Assembly: GCA_964412825.1 (NCBI GenBank)
Contig: CAYPQH010000001.1
Location: forward strand, 1-50,465
Direction: 5' to 3'
DNA length: 50,465 nucleotides
DNA from: an uncultured Nitrospinaceae bacterium
GTDB taxonomy: Bacteria; Nitrospinota; Nitrospinia; Nitrospinales; VA-1
The notes beneath the pieces are model-generated. The model was given only the letters and a program-made list of their open reading frames with translations, searched no databases and had not been told where the DNA came from. The first letter of the stretch is position 1. Every line of letters begins with the position of its first letter. Below are positions 42,488-50,465 of this stretch, in pieces. The position numbers were made by a program, and so were the translations under genes.

Positions 42488-43477
42488 ATGATTCTTGCGG
42501 CTGATATTGGCGGAACCAAAGTCAACCTTGCTTTGTTTCGGCAGGAAAATAACCATCTCGAACTGGTGGAATCGGCAAAATTTGAAAGCCGGAAATATTC
42601 CGGACTGGAAGAAATTCTGGATGAATTTTGTCAAAAAAAACATCCCGAATTGGAACGGGCGGGTTTTGGCATCGCGGGACCGGTAATAGACGGCAAGTGC
42701 GATGTCACCAATCTGCCCTGGGTGGTCGATGTTGAAAGTTTGAAAAAGCGTCTGGGGTTGGAGTCGGTTTGGCTGATCAACGATCTGGCCGCGATGGCTT
42801 GTGCGGTCCCTTTTTTGCCAGAGGCGGAGCTTCACGTATTGCAGGGCGGGCAACCGGAAGAGGGTGGTCGGGTAGCTGTTTTAGCGGCAGGGACAGGGCT
42901 TGGCGAGGCGTTTCTGCTTCCCGATCAAAGTGGACGCTATCTGATACTGGATTCGGAAGGCGGGCATTGTGATTTTTCTCCCCGGACGAAACTGGAAATC
43001 GAACTGCTCCTGTTCCTGACCGAAAAATTTGGCCGGACCAGTATTGAGCGTGTGCTTTCCGGGCCTGGGTTGCATAATATCTACCAGTTTTTATTGCAGC
43101 GTCATTCATTTGAGGAACCGTCCTGGTTGACTCAGGAATTACAGGAAAACGACCCCGGTGTCGTGATCACAAAAAACGGCCTTGAGAACAAATCACCTGC
43201 CTGTCATAAAGCGTTGGAAATGTTCGTGTCTCTGTATGGCGCGATCGCCGGCAACCTGGCGCTTCAGCTTCTTACTCGTGGCGGTCTGTATATTGGCGGC
43301 GGCATTGCGCCGAACATCCTTCCCCTGATAAAAAGCGGGCTGTTCATGGAATCGTTCCATTCCAAGGGACGGTTTACGCCCTTCATGCGCGAAGTTCCCG
43401 TCAAAGTGATTCTGAACGACAAAGCATCGCTTATTGGGGTTGCTCATTACGCGCTGGGAGATAAATTCGCCCGTTGA
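42488..43477 (+). CDS. glk: Glucokinase
   Basis: The start is set at MILAADIGGTKVNLALF (ROK/Glk phosphate-1 motif), behind a GAGGGAA RBS. The track ORF (42410) overlaps the tal 3' end. The C-terminus is LYIGGGIAP. Confidence 0.88.
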   Translation: MILAADIGGTKVNLALFRQENNHLELVESAKFESRKYSGLEEILDEFCQKKHPELERAGFGIAGPVIDGKCDVTNLPWVVDVESLKKRLGLESVWLINDLAAMACAVPFLPEAELHVLQGGQPEEGGRVAVLAAGTGLGEAFLLPDQSGRYLILDSEGGHCDFSPRTKLEIELLLFLTEKFGRTSIERVLSGPGLHNIYQFLLQRHSFEEPSWLTQELQENDPGVVITKNGLENKSPACHKALEMFVSLYGAIAGNLALQLLTRGGLYIGGGIAPNILPLIKSGLFMESFHSKGRFTPFMREVPVKVILNDKASLIGVAHYALGDKFAR

Positions 43478-43662
43478 TGTCCCCATTAAGAAACGGTATG
43501 ATATCCGGCTTGTGACCCCCACTAAGTGGGGATGATAAGCCCCTTGCAGGGGAGGAAAAGTTTAAGGCTCAGCTCGCTCGGCTCACGAGCCCTGAAAAAC
43601 TAGAAACCCCATAGTCCGGCGCGTGAGCGATAGGACTTTATGTGATTTAAGGAAGAAGATCA
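43478..43662. repeat. Composite REP-like element (several hairpin modules in tandem)
   Basis: CCCCAC-TAA-GTGGGG (43517-43531), CCCCT-TGC-AGGGG (43540-43552), GGCTC...GAGCC (43565-43592) and the core AAACCCCATAGTCCGGCGCGTGAG (43604-43627). Each module recurs at other intergenic sites in the window. Confidence 0.65.
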
Positions 43663-44871
43663 ATGGACAGCAAAGTAAAGAAAGTCGTTTTGGCATATTC
43701 GGGCGGGTTGGATACCTCGGTCATCATCCAATGGCTCAAGGAACAATATGATTGCGAAATCATCGCGTTTTGCGCCGATGTGGGGCAGGGGGAGGAGTTG
43801 GACCCGGTGCGGGAAAAAGCCATGGCGACAGGAGCCGCCAAGGTTTACATCGAAGATTTGCGGGAAGAGTTTGCCCGGGATTTTCTGTTTCCCATGTTAC
43901 GGGCCAACGCGTTTTATGAAAACAATTACCTGTTGGGAACCGCTATCGCCCGCCCTCTGATTGCTAAAGAGCAAATCAGAATCGCGACCATGGAAGGGGC
44001 GGATGGCGTGTGTCATGGGTCCACAGGAAAAGGCAACGACCAGATCCGCTTTGAGCTGGCCTACCAGACTTTGGCCCCCCATATTAAAATCATCGCTCCC
44101 TGGCGGCACTGGGATCTCACCTCCCGGACGGCCCTCATGGATTACGCCAAAACCCACGGCATTCCCGTTCCAGTCACCAAGGCCAAACCCTATAGCATGG
44201 ACCGCAATTTATTCCACATCAGTTTCGAGGGCGGGGTGCTGGAAGACCCTTGGTATGCCCCGGATGAAGACATGTTCCGGTTGAGCGTTTCTCCTGAAAA
44301 TGCGCCGGACAAACCCACCACCGTGGAAATTGAATACGAAGCGGGCGATCCGGTCGCGATCGACGGCGAGCGCATGAGCCCGGCCAGTCTCTTGGCCCGG
44401 CTCAACGAGTTGGGCGGGCAAAACGGCATCGGGCGAATCGATATTGTGGAGAACCGGTTCGTCGGCATGAAGTCCCGAGGTGTCTATGAAACGCCGGGAG
44501 GTACGATTCTGCATGTTGCCCACCGGGCTGTTGAGTCGCTGACCTTGGACAGGGAAATCATGTACCTTCGGGATTCCCTGATTCCCGATTACGCCAAGGC
44601 CATTTACAATGGGTTCTGGTTTTCGCCCGAACGTGAATTGATGCAGAAAACCATCGACGAGTCCCAGAAAAATGTTTATGGAACCGCGAGACTGAAACTA
44701 TACAAGGGAAGTTGTACGGTCACGGGAAGGAAGGCGGATCAATCGCTTTACGATGAAAAAATCGCCACCTTTGAAGAAGACGACGGTTACCGTCAGGACG
44801 ACGCGGAAGGTTTCATCCGCCTCAACGCTCTCAGGTTGAAAATTTATTCCGATACCTATGGAAAAAAATAA
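43663..44871 (+). CDS. argG: Argininosuccinate synthase
   Basis: The N-terminal ATP-binding motif AYSGGLDTS and the motif [13 protein letters not shown] are present. Confidence 0.96.
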   Translation: MDSKVKKVVLAYSGGLDTSVIIQWLKEQYDCEIIAFCADVGQGEELDPVREKAMATGAAKVYIEDLREEFARDFLFPMLRANAFYENNYLLGTAIARPLIAKEQIRIATMEGADGVCHGSTGKGNDQIRFELAYQTLAPHIKIIAPWRHWDLTSRTALMDYAKTHGIPVPVTKAKPYSMDRNLFHISFEGGVLEDPWYAPDEDMFRLSVSPENAPDKPTTVEIEYEAGDPVAIDGERMSPASLLARLNELGGQNGIGRIDIVENRFVGMKSRGVYETPGGTILHVAHRAVESLTLDREIMYLRDSLIPDYAKAIYNGFWFSPERELMQKTIDESQKNVYGTARLKLYKGSCTVTGRKADQSLYDEKIATFEEDDGYRQDDAEGFIRLNALRLKIYSDTYGKK

Positions 44872-44954
44872 ATCAAAAGCCTCAGTATATCGCGACTCAT
44901 ATTCTTTAATTTCTCCCGCACTTGATTTGTTCTTTTATTCAGAGTAAATTTTTA

Positions 44955-45145
44955 GAGTACCTCCGCCACGCGGGAGGAAAAGAGAGCAGACGTTTGTGGT
45001 ATCCTCTTCATTAGCTTTCATGCCCCTGTGGTATTTTACCATTGTCTTCATGCCCCGAAGGGGTAGAAGGGGTACGTTTCATCCACAAATCCAGAAAAAC
45101 TATAAGTTCATAGCGAGTTATTTTTGATCCAGCCCTCAGGCTGGT
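44955..45145. repeat. REP-like hairpin module copies
   Basis: CCTCCGCCACGCGGGAGGAAAAG (cf. GGGGAGGAAAAG at 43549-43560). TGCCCCGAAGGGGTAGA (45051-45067; cf. TGCCCCGTAGGGGTAAA at 89-105). CCAGCC-CTCA-GGCTGG at about 45130-45145. Confidence 0.5.
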
Positions 45146-45169
45146 CACCTTTTGAAGACCCCATAATTA

Positions 45170-46564
45170 ATGAATTCGATTCTTGTCGTAGATGATGAAA
45201 AGAGTTTGCGCGATTTTCTAACCATCATGTTGGAAAATGAAGGCTACGCTGTGGAAACAGCCAGCAGTGGGGAAAAAGCCGTCAAGCTGATTGTTGAAAA
45301 GGAATTTGATCTGGTGCTCACCGATTTCAGGATGAAAAAGGCTAACGGCATCGAAGTTCTGGAAGCGGTCAAGGAACACACCCCCATCACTCCCGTGGTT
45401 CTGATGACGGCCTATGCCTCCGCTGAAACTGCTGTCGAAGCCATGAAGAAGGGCGCTTACGATTATATATCCAAGCCATTCAATGTTGAAGATCTTCAAC
45501 TCACCGTCAAAAATGCCATCGAAAAAAAGGTTCTGGCCGATCAAAATCAATACCTGAAAACCGCGCTGAAAGATAAATTCGGGTTTGATAATTTTATTGG
45601 CAGTAGTCCCGCCATGCAGAGAATTTTTAATTTGATAGAAAAAGTGGCGGACAGCAACGCCACGATTTTAATAGGAGGGGAGAGCGGTACAGGGAAAGAA
45701 CTCGTCGCCAAGGCCATTCACTTTAATGGTGCCAGAAAAAATTATCCATTTATTTCCATAAACTGTGGCGCGGTACCTGAAAACCTGTTGGAAAGCGAAT
45801 TGTTCGGCCATGAAAAGGGAGCCTTCACAGGGGCCGACTCTACCAAAGTGGGGCTGATGGAAGCCGCCAGTAAGGGCACGTTTTTTCTCGATGAAGTCGG
45901 CGAAGCGCCACTCAGCATTCAGGTTAAATTGCTCAGGGTTTTACAGGAAAGGGAAATAATGCGTCTTGGTGGAAGTAGCACCATCAGTGTCGATTTGAGA
46001 ATTGTTGCCGCGTCGAATGTAAATTTAGCCAAAGCGGTCAAAAATAAAACTTTCCGCGAAGACCTGTATTATCGATTGAACGTCATTCCCCTCGAAATTC
46101 CTTCGTTGCGCGAGAGGGTGGAAGACATCCCTTTGCTGGCCGCGCATTTCATCACCAAGTATAATGAAGACCGTCAGGATGAAAATAAAATTCAGGGAGT
46201 GGATCCCGATGCAATGAGTTTGATGGAAAAATATTCATGGCCCGGCAATGTGCGGGAGCTGGAAAATGTGATCGAACGGGCGGTAGTTTTAGAGACGGGA
46301 GATACGATCGACGTTTCCAGTTTGCCTGAATCAATCTCGGGCGCTACGGAGCCTTCTTCAGAGATGACATTGCCGTCGACCGATCAACCGTTAGATTTAG
46401 AAAAAACTCTGGATCAGATCGAAAAGAAGATGCTCAGCGGGGCACTGGATCAATCCAATGGAATCATCAACAAAGCCGCCAAACAGCTGAACCTGAGTTT
46501 TCGGTCTATGAGATACCGCATTCAAAAACATAAACTCAAGGGGAAGGACGAACCAGAAGATTGA
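45170..46564 (+). CDS. Sigma-54-dependent response regulator (NtrC family: REC + AAA+ + Fis-type HTH)
   Basis: The REC domain has the acidic pocket VVDDE and the phospho-acceptor region LVLTDFRM. Walker A is GESGTGKE. The sigma-54 contact loop is GAFTGA. The C-terminal HTH is [19 protein letters not shown]. Confidence 0.92.
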   Translation: MNSILVVDDEKSLRDFLTIMLENEGYAVETASSGEKAVKLIVEKEFDLVLTDFRMKKANGIEVLEAVKEHTPITPVVLMTAYASAETAVEAMKKGAYDYISKPFNVEDLQLTVKNAIEKKVLADQNQYLKTALKDKFGFDNFIGSSPAMQRIFNLIEKVADSNATILIGGESGTGKELVAKAIHFNGARKNYPFISINCGAVPENLLESELFGHEKGAFTGADSTKVGLMEAASKGTFFLDEVGEAPLSIQVKLLRVLQEREIMRLGGSSTISVDLRIVAASNVNLAKAVKNKTFREDLYYRLNVIPLEIPSLRERVEDIPLLAAHFITKYNEDRQDENKIQGVDPDAMSLMEKYSWPGNVRELENVIERAVVLETGDTIDVSSLPESISGATEPSSEMTLPSTDQPLDLEKTLDQIEKKMLSGALDQSNGIINKAAKQLNLSFRSMRYRIQKHKLKGKDEPED

Positions 46565-46647
46565 CTCCAGCCCCTTACTTCGTTCTCCCCCCTGTCTTAG
46601 ACGAACGTCAACTTCTTGAAAAATTTCACCTCTATTTTAGAGTCAAT

Positions 46648-48660
46648 ATGAACGGTCAAAGTCAGCAAAAAATTATTTTTTCTTTCAGGAAGACTTTTTT
46701 CAGACTGTGGTTGATCGGCTTATTCTTGGTGGGTCTGCCTCATCTGCTTTCTGCGGACCCTTTGGAGAGCAAGTTCAACTTGACGGAATCTTTCCAACAG
46801 GCGGAATATTATTTTCATGCAGGAGAATTAGAGAAGGCCCGCCCGCTTTATCAACAATATTTTGACGGCCATCCCAGGGGAATAAAAGCCAACAGGGCTT
46901 TATATCGATTGGGGCAATTGGATCAGGCCAATCGGTCTTTTTCCACCGCTCTCAGGTATTACCGGGTTTTGATGGAAAAATTTCCCGCAAGTTCCGACCG
47001 TGTGCGCTTTCTGATGGGAGAGTGTCATTACGAGTTGGGCCATTATCCCGAGGCGGCGGAGTTGTTCCGTAAGGTGGCGGGGACGCACCCGGATATAAAG
47101 TTGCGATGGAAGGCATTATTCTATTTGGGAAAACTTGATGAAAAAAAGTTTGATTATTCCAAAGCGATGGACAAGCTGGCCCGCGTATATTCTCAAAACG
47201 AAAACCGGGAAATCAAAAACCTTGCCCAAGGAAGCATCGAAAAAATAATCGATGAAAACCTTTCCGAAGAAAACATCATTTATTTAATCCGAAAATATCC
47301 AAGCCGATATCCTGCCGACCTTTTACTCCTCAAGTTGATTTCAATTTACAGAAACCAGAGAGACATCGCTAATTTTCAAGCACTGTCCGCTGATTTCATT
47401 GCCAAGTTTCCCAAGCATTCTGAAAGACCCACGGTATTGAAACAACTAAAACTCCTCGAGAACAATGCTGAGGGAAAAATTCGTGTGGGAGTGGTTTTAC
47501 CTTTGACGGGAAAGCGCGCTGTTGTCGGTCAGCAGGTATTGCAGGGAATCCAACTGGCTCTCAATCAGCTGGGTCTTGCGGCCAAGAAAAAGGTGGAACT
47601 GGTTGTTAAGGATTCTGCGTCCGGGACGCCATTGACCGATATTATTGAAGATTTGGCAGGGGACCCCAATGTGGCGGGTATCATTGGTCCGGTTTTAAGC
47701 GGAGAGATCAAGGCCATCGTTCCCATTGTTGACAAGTTTCAAATCCCCGTGTTCACGCCGACAGCTTCTTCGGAAGGGCTTCCGAGTTTAAGCCCTTTTA
47801 TATTTCGGAACGCGCTCACCCGGAAAATTCAGGCCCGTTTTCTTGCGCGGTATTCGATCAATCGGTTGAACCTTCGCCGTTTTGCTATTTTATATCCCGT
47901 GGAAAGCTACGGCATTGAATTCACCAAACTCTTTAAGAGTGAGGTGGAATCATTGGGGGGCGAGGTGGTCACCACAGTGGCTTATGACCGAAAGCAAACT
48001 GATTTTCGCACACAAATTTTGGAACTGGGAGGAATACCCGATAAACAGTTGGAAAAACTCGCCAGAGATAACCTTTTAAATGGGGTTGCCGATGCGGGTG
48101 TTACCGGCGGGCCGGGAAACCTTTCGCGCCCGGTTGTGGACATGGGGCATTGGAATAATGATGACATCGAAAATTTTAAAACTTCGTTGGAATTGAATTA
48201 CGATGCTATTTTCATTCCGGGTTTTTATGACAAAGTGGGCCTCATCGTTCCCCAATTGGTTTTCTATAATATTGACGACGTGGTTTTATTGGGAGCCAAT
48301 GGTTGGAATTCTCCCAAATTGGTTAAAAATGCAGGCAAGTATATTAAGGAGGGTTTTTTTGTGGACGGTTTTTTTGCCGATTCCAGCAGGCTGGGAGTGC
48401 AAAAATTTGTAGAGGCTTTCAAAGCCACGTTTGGAAAGGAACCGACCCTGCATTCGGCGCAAGCTTATGACAGCGCAAATATAATGATCCAGAGCATTTT
48501 GGAGGGATCGGATAACCGCAACAAGGTCAAAAAACACTTGAATGGGGTTAAAAATTATCCTGGAATTTCAGGGACGACCACGCTTCTTCCTGGCGGAGAT
48601 TCTGATAAAAAAATATTTACTTTGCGCATCAAAAATCGAAAAGTCCAGCAAATCGATTGA
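46648..48660 (+). CDS. Secreted TPR-repeat + type I periplasmic-binding-fold protein (LpoA-like architecture)
   Basis: The start is set at MNGQ..., giving the signal peptide FFRLWLIGLFLVGLPHLLSA|DP. The track ORF starts at a TTG (46561), which would place about 45 residues ahead of the h-region. TPR-like helices cover roughly residues 50-270 of the track ORF. The C-terminal part is LivK/Peripla_BP_6-like (IRVGVVLPLTGKRAVVGQQVLQGIQLAL, VAGIIGPVLSGE, IPVFTPTASS). Confidence 0.8.
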   Translation: MNGQSQQKIIFSFRKTFFRLWLIGLFLVGLPHLLSADPLESKFNLTESFQQAEYYFHAGELEKARPLYQQYFDGHPRGIKANRALYRLGQLDQANRSFSTALRYYRVLMEKFPASSDRVRFLMGECHYELGHYPEAAELFRKVAGTHPDIKLRWKALFYLGKLDEKKFDYSKAMDKLARVYSQNENREIKNLAQGSIEKIIDENLSEENIIYLIRKYPSRYPADLLLLKLISIYRNQRDIANFQALSADFIAKFPKHSERPTVLKQLKLLENNAEGKIRVGVVLPLTGKRAVVGQQVLQGIQLALNQLGLAAKKKVELVVKDSASGTPLTDIIEDLAGDPNVAGIIGPVLSGEIKAIVPIVDKFQIPVFTPTASSEGLPSLSPFIFRNALTRKIQARFLARYSINRLNLRRFAILYPVESYGIEFTKLFKSEVESLGGEVVTTVAYDRKQTDFRTQILELGGIPDKQLEKLARDNLLNGVADAGVTGGPGNLSRPVVDMGHWNNDDIENFKTSLELNYDAIFIPGFYDKVGLIVPQLVFYNIDDVVLLGANGWNSPKLVKNAGKYIKEGFFVDGFFADSSRLGVQKFVEAFKATFGKEPTLHSAQAYDSANIMIQSILEGSDNRNKVKKHLNGVKNYPGISGTTTLLPGGDSDKKIFTLRIKNRKVQQID

Positions 48661-48736
48661 ACGCTTGAAACTCATCTGGAAAAGGTGAGTCTGTAAAATA
48701 AGTTTCATTCCACGAGCGCTATTTTTCCTGCCCCAA

Positions 48737-50371
48737 TCAAAAGATTTCTTCTTCCAGAGGCGTGGTCATTTCCAGGCCAGATTCCAGTTCGTCTTCATCG
48801 ACCTCTTCATCAAACTCATCCATGAAAGCCTCGAACCGTGAGCCCGGTTCTCTGAAATTGGCTTTGTCTCCCGTTTCCGGATTGATCTTGGTGAAAACGA
48901 TATCCTGGGAAATGGGGAAGTCTTGTTTGGGCATATCTTGAAGCACAAACTTCATATAGTCGAGCCAGATGGGGATGGCCGCCCTTGATCCTGTTTCATT
49001 GACACCCAGGGGTTCGTAGTTATCTCTGCCCACCCAAACACCGGTCACGATTTCTGGCGAGAACCCGATAAACCAGGCGTCCACATTTTTATTTGTGGTC
49101 CCGGTTTTCCCCGCGATGGGCCGGTTCAAAACCTTGACCTTTTTCGCCGTACCGTTTTGCACCACGCTTTGCATCAGGCTGGTGATCGTGTAAGCCAGGC
49201 CGCTTGAAATCGGGTTTGTGACTTCGGGTTGTGCGGAGTAAAGCAATTCTCCGCTTCTATTTTCGATCAGACGCACCGCCGTAGGAGCAATTCGTTCTCC
49301 CCGATTGGCAAATGCTGAGTAGGCGGAGGTGAGGTCTATCAGCGTCATTCCCGAGGACCCCAGAGAAATAGATAAATTTTTTGAGAGGGGAGACTTGATG
49401 CCAAGATCGCGCGCCATTTCAATGGCTCGACCCACGCCAATTTCCTGAAGGAGTTTTACCGTTACTATATTCCGGGAGTGGGTCAATGCCGTCCTGAGAG
49501 AAGTGGGTCCGTAGAATTTTTTTTCAAAGTTGACGGGTTTCCATTTCTCAAAGGCGTCTATTTTCTCTTTGAAAATAATAGGGGAATCGATGATGATACT
49601 CGCCGGGGTGAATCCTTCCTTGAGAGCAGAAGCGTATATGATGGGTTTGAAAGCCGATCCCGGTTGACGGATGGCTTGCACCGCTCGGTTGAACTGACTT
49701 TTAGAGAATTTGTACCCCCCCACCATTGCTTTGATATGGCCTGTTTCCACTTCCAGGCTGATGAGACCCGCTTGTACTGACGGCTCCTGTTCGAGGCTGA
49801 GCGACCACCGCATGTCCTCTGTCCTCGGCCCCAGGATTTTTACAAGGATCAGGTCTCCGGGAGACAACGCCTTTTTTGCGCTGGCTATTTTTGCCCATCG
49901 TCCATCTATATGAATATTGGGTTTTCTTGCCCAGTTCATGTCTTTGAGTTCAATAATGCCTTCGTCATTTCCCAATCCGACCAGGACATCGTCGTCCGTC
50001 ACCTCAAGAACGGCGCCTTTCAGGGTGTCGCCTTTTTCTGGGCCGACATCTTCACCTTCCTTAAAGCCATTGAGTTCGCGAAGAGTGGCTTGGATAGTCA
50101 AGGGATTCTGAGATAAATCTACCGTCCCCAAGGGGCCGCGATAACCATAGCGTTTGTCGGTTATTAATAAATTTTCGCGAATGGCTTGTTGGGCCACTTC
50201 CTGATAATCGATATCCAGGGTCGTGTAAACCCCCAATCCTTCCCGGTAGATCTTTTTGCTTCCGTAGGTCTTTTGAAGAAACTGCCGGATGTATTCCACA
50301 AAATAAGGGGCCCGGTTGAGCATGCCGGTGATTTCACCCAGATGGAACTCTGCTTTCTGGCCTGCTTCCAA
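48737..50371 (-). CDS. mrcA: Class A penicillin-binding protein, segment downstream of an in-frame TAA (linker, OB/ODD-like insertion, transpeptidase)
   Basis: Transpeptidase motifs SAFK, SRN and KTGTT are present. An OB-like insertion (GAVLEVTDDDVLVGLG...GDLILVKI) lies at about 49757-50149. The ORF begins at a TTG immediately after the TAA at 50372-50374. Confidence 0.85.
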   Translation of the reverse strand: MEAGQKAEFHLGEITGMLNRAPYFVEYIRQFLQKTYGSKKIYREGLGVYTTLDIDYQEVAQQAIRENLLITDKRYGYRGPLGTVDLSQNPLTIQATLRELNGFKEGEDVGPEKGDTLKGAVLEVTDDDVLVGLGNDEGIIELKDMNWARKPNIHIDGRWAKIASAKKALSPGDLILVKILGPRTEDMRWSLSLEQEPSVQAGLISLEVETGHIKAMVGGYKFSKSQFNRAVQAIRQPGSAFKPIIYASALKEGFTPASIIIDSPIIFKEKIDAFEKWKPVNFEKKFYGPTSLRTALTHSRNIVTVKLLQEIGVGRAIEMARDLGIKSPLSKNLSISLGSSGMTLIDLTSAYSAFANRGERIAPTAVRLIENRSGELLYSAQPEVTNPISSGLAYTITSLMQSVVQNGTAKKVKVLNRPIAGKTGTTNKNVDAWFIGFSPEIVTGVWVGRDNYEPLGVNETGSRAAIPIWLDYMKFVLQDMPKQDFPISQDIVFTKINPETGDKANFREPGSRFEAFMDEFDEEVDEDELESGLEMTTPLEEEIF

Positions 50372-50465
50372 TTACGCCTGGGTGATGAACCCAAGCGTCG
50401 CCATTCTCCGAAGAGCGTGGTTCCGCCTTTTTTTAGCCCGTTCGGGATATCGGTAAGGTGTGTAA
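50372..50465 (-). pseudogene. Upstream part of the same class A PBP reading frame, ending in an in-frame TAA; the gene continues beyond the window edge
   Basis: My hand translation of the minus strand in the same frame gives YTPYRYPERAKKRRNHALRRMATLGFITQA-stop-LEAGQKAEF. This matches the ...RRN.VL.RM...GYIT... linker that follows the GT51 domain of PBP1A proteins. Confidence 0.6.

Noticed and set aside
46561-46647. A TTG start at 46561 for the LpoA-like gene, overlapping the regulator stop by 4 nt
   Set aside because: It would put about 45 residues in front of the signal-peptide hydrophobic core. The ATG at 46648 gives a normal n-region, although its RBS is weak. The overlap start cannot be fully excluded.

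Overview
This 50.5 kb window is a bacterial chromosomal segment, apparently from a diderm: it encodes Slp-type and TPR lipoproteins, a Tat-exported periplasmic Mo enzyme and SPOR/PBP envelope genes. I cannot assign a taxon from sequence alone. Most of it is housekeeping. There is a minus-strand holB-ricT(yaaT/PSP1)-metG-tatD operon, a complete nine-gene F1Fo ATP synthase operon (atpZ/I-B-E-F-H-A-G-D-C) and uvrA. There is also a long-form UbiD-family decarboxylase, birA, hemB, a pgi-tal-glk cluster, argG and two class A penicillin-binding protein genes. I recognised no rRNA, tRNA, CRISPR array, transposase, integrase or phage gene. Nine observations deserve a second look. (1) A TPR plus type-I periplasmic-binding-fold protein with LpoA-like architecture lies tail-to-tail with a class A PBP that carries an OB/ODD-type insertion, and it sits directly downstream of an orphan sigma-54 response regulator. 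(2) That same PBP gene contains an in-frame TAA at 50372-50374. (3) A sorAB-like sulfite dehydrogenase pair is nested between two orphan Opp/Dpp-type ABC permease genes. (4) An AT-richer islet at about 27.4-31.2 kb holds a divergent radical SAM gene flanked by small ORFans. (5) The same islet holds an acidic ORFan behind a consensus-perfect sigma-54 promoter. (6) An uncharacterised membrane protein is start/stop-coupled to the other PBP1A and is followed by a SPOR protein. (7) A TatD-radical SAM fusion is coupled to metG. (8) A dispersed, modular family of small GC-rich hairpin repeats occupies five intergenic spacers. (9) Two proteins carry histone-H1-like Lys/Ala/Pro tails. All functional calls rest on motifs I could read in the supplied translations. 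No database search was run.
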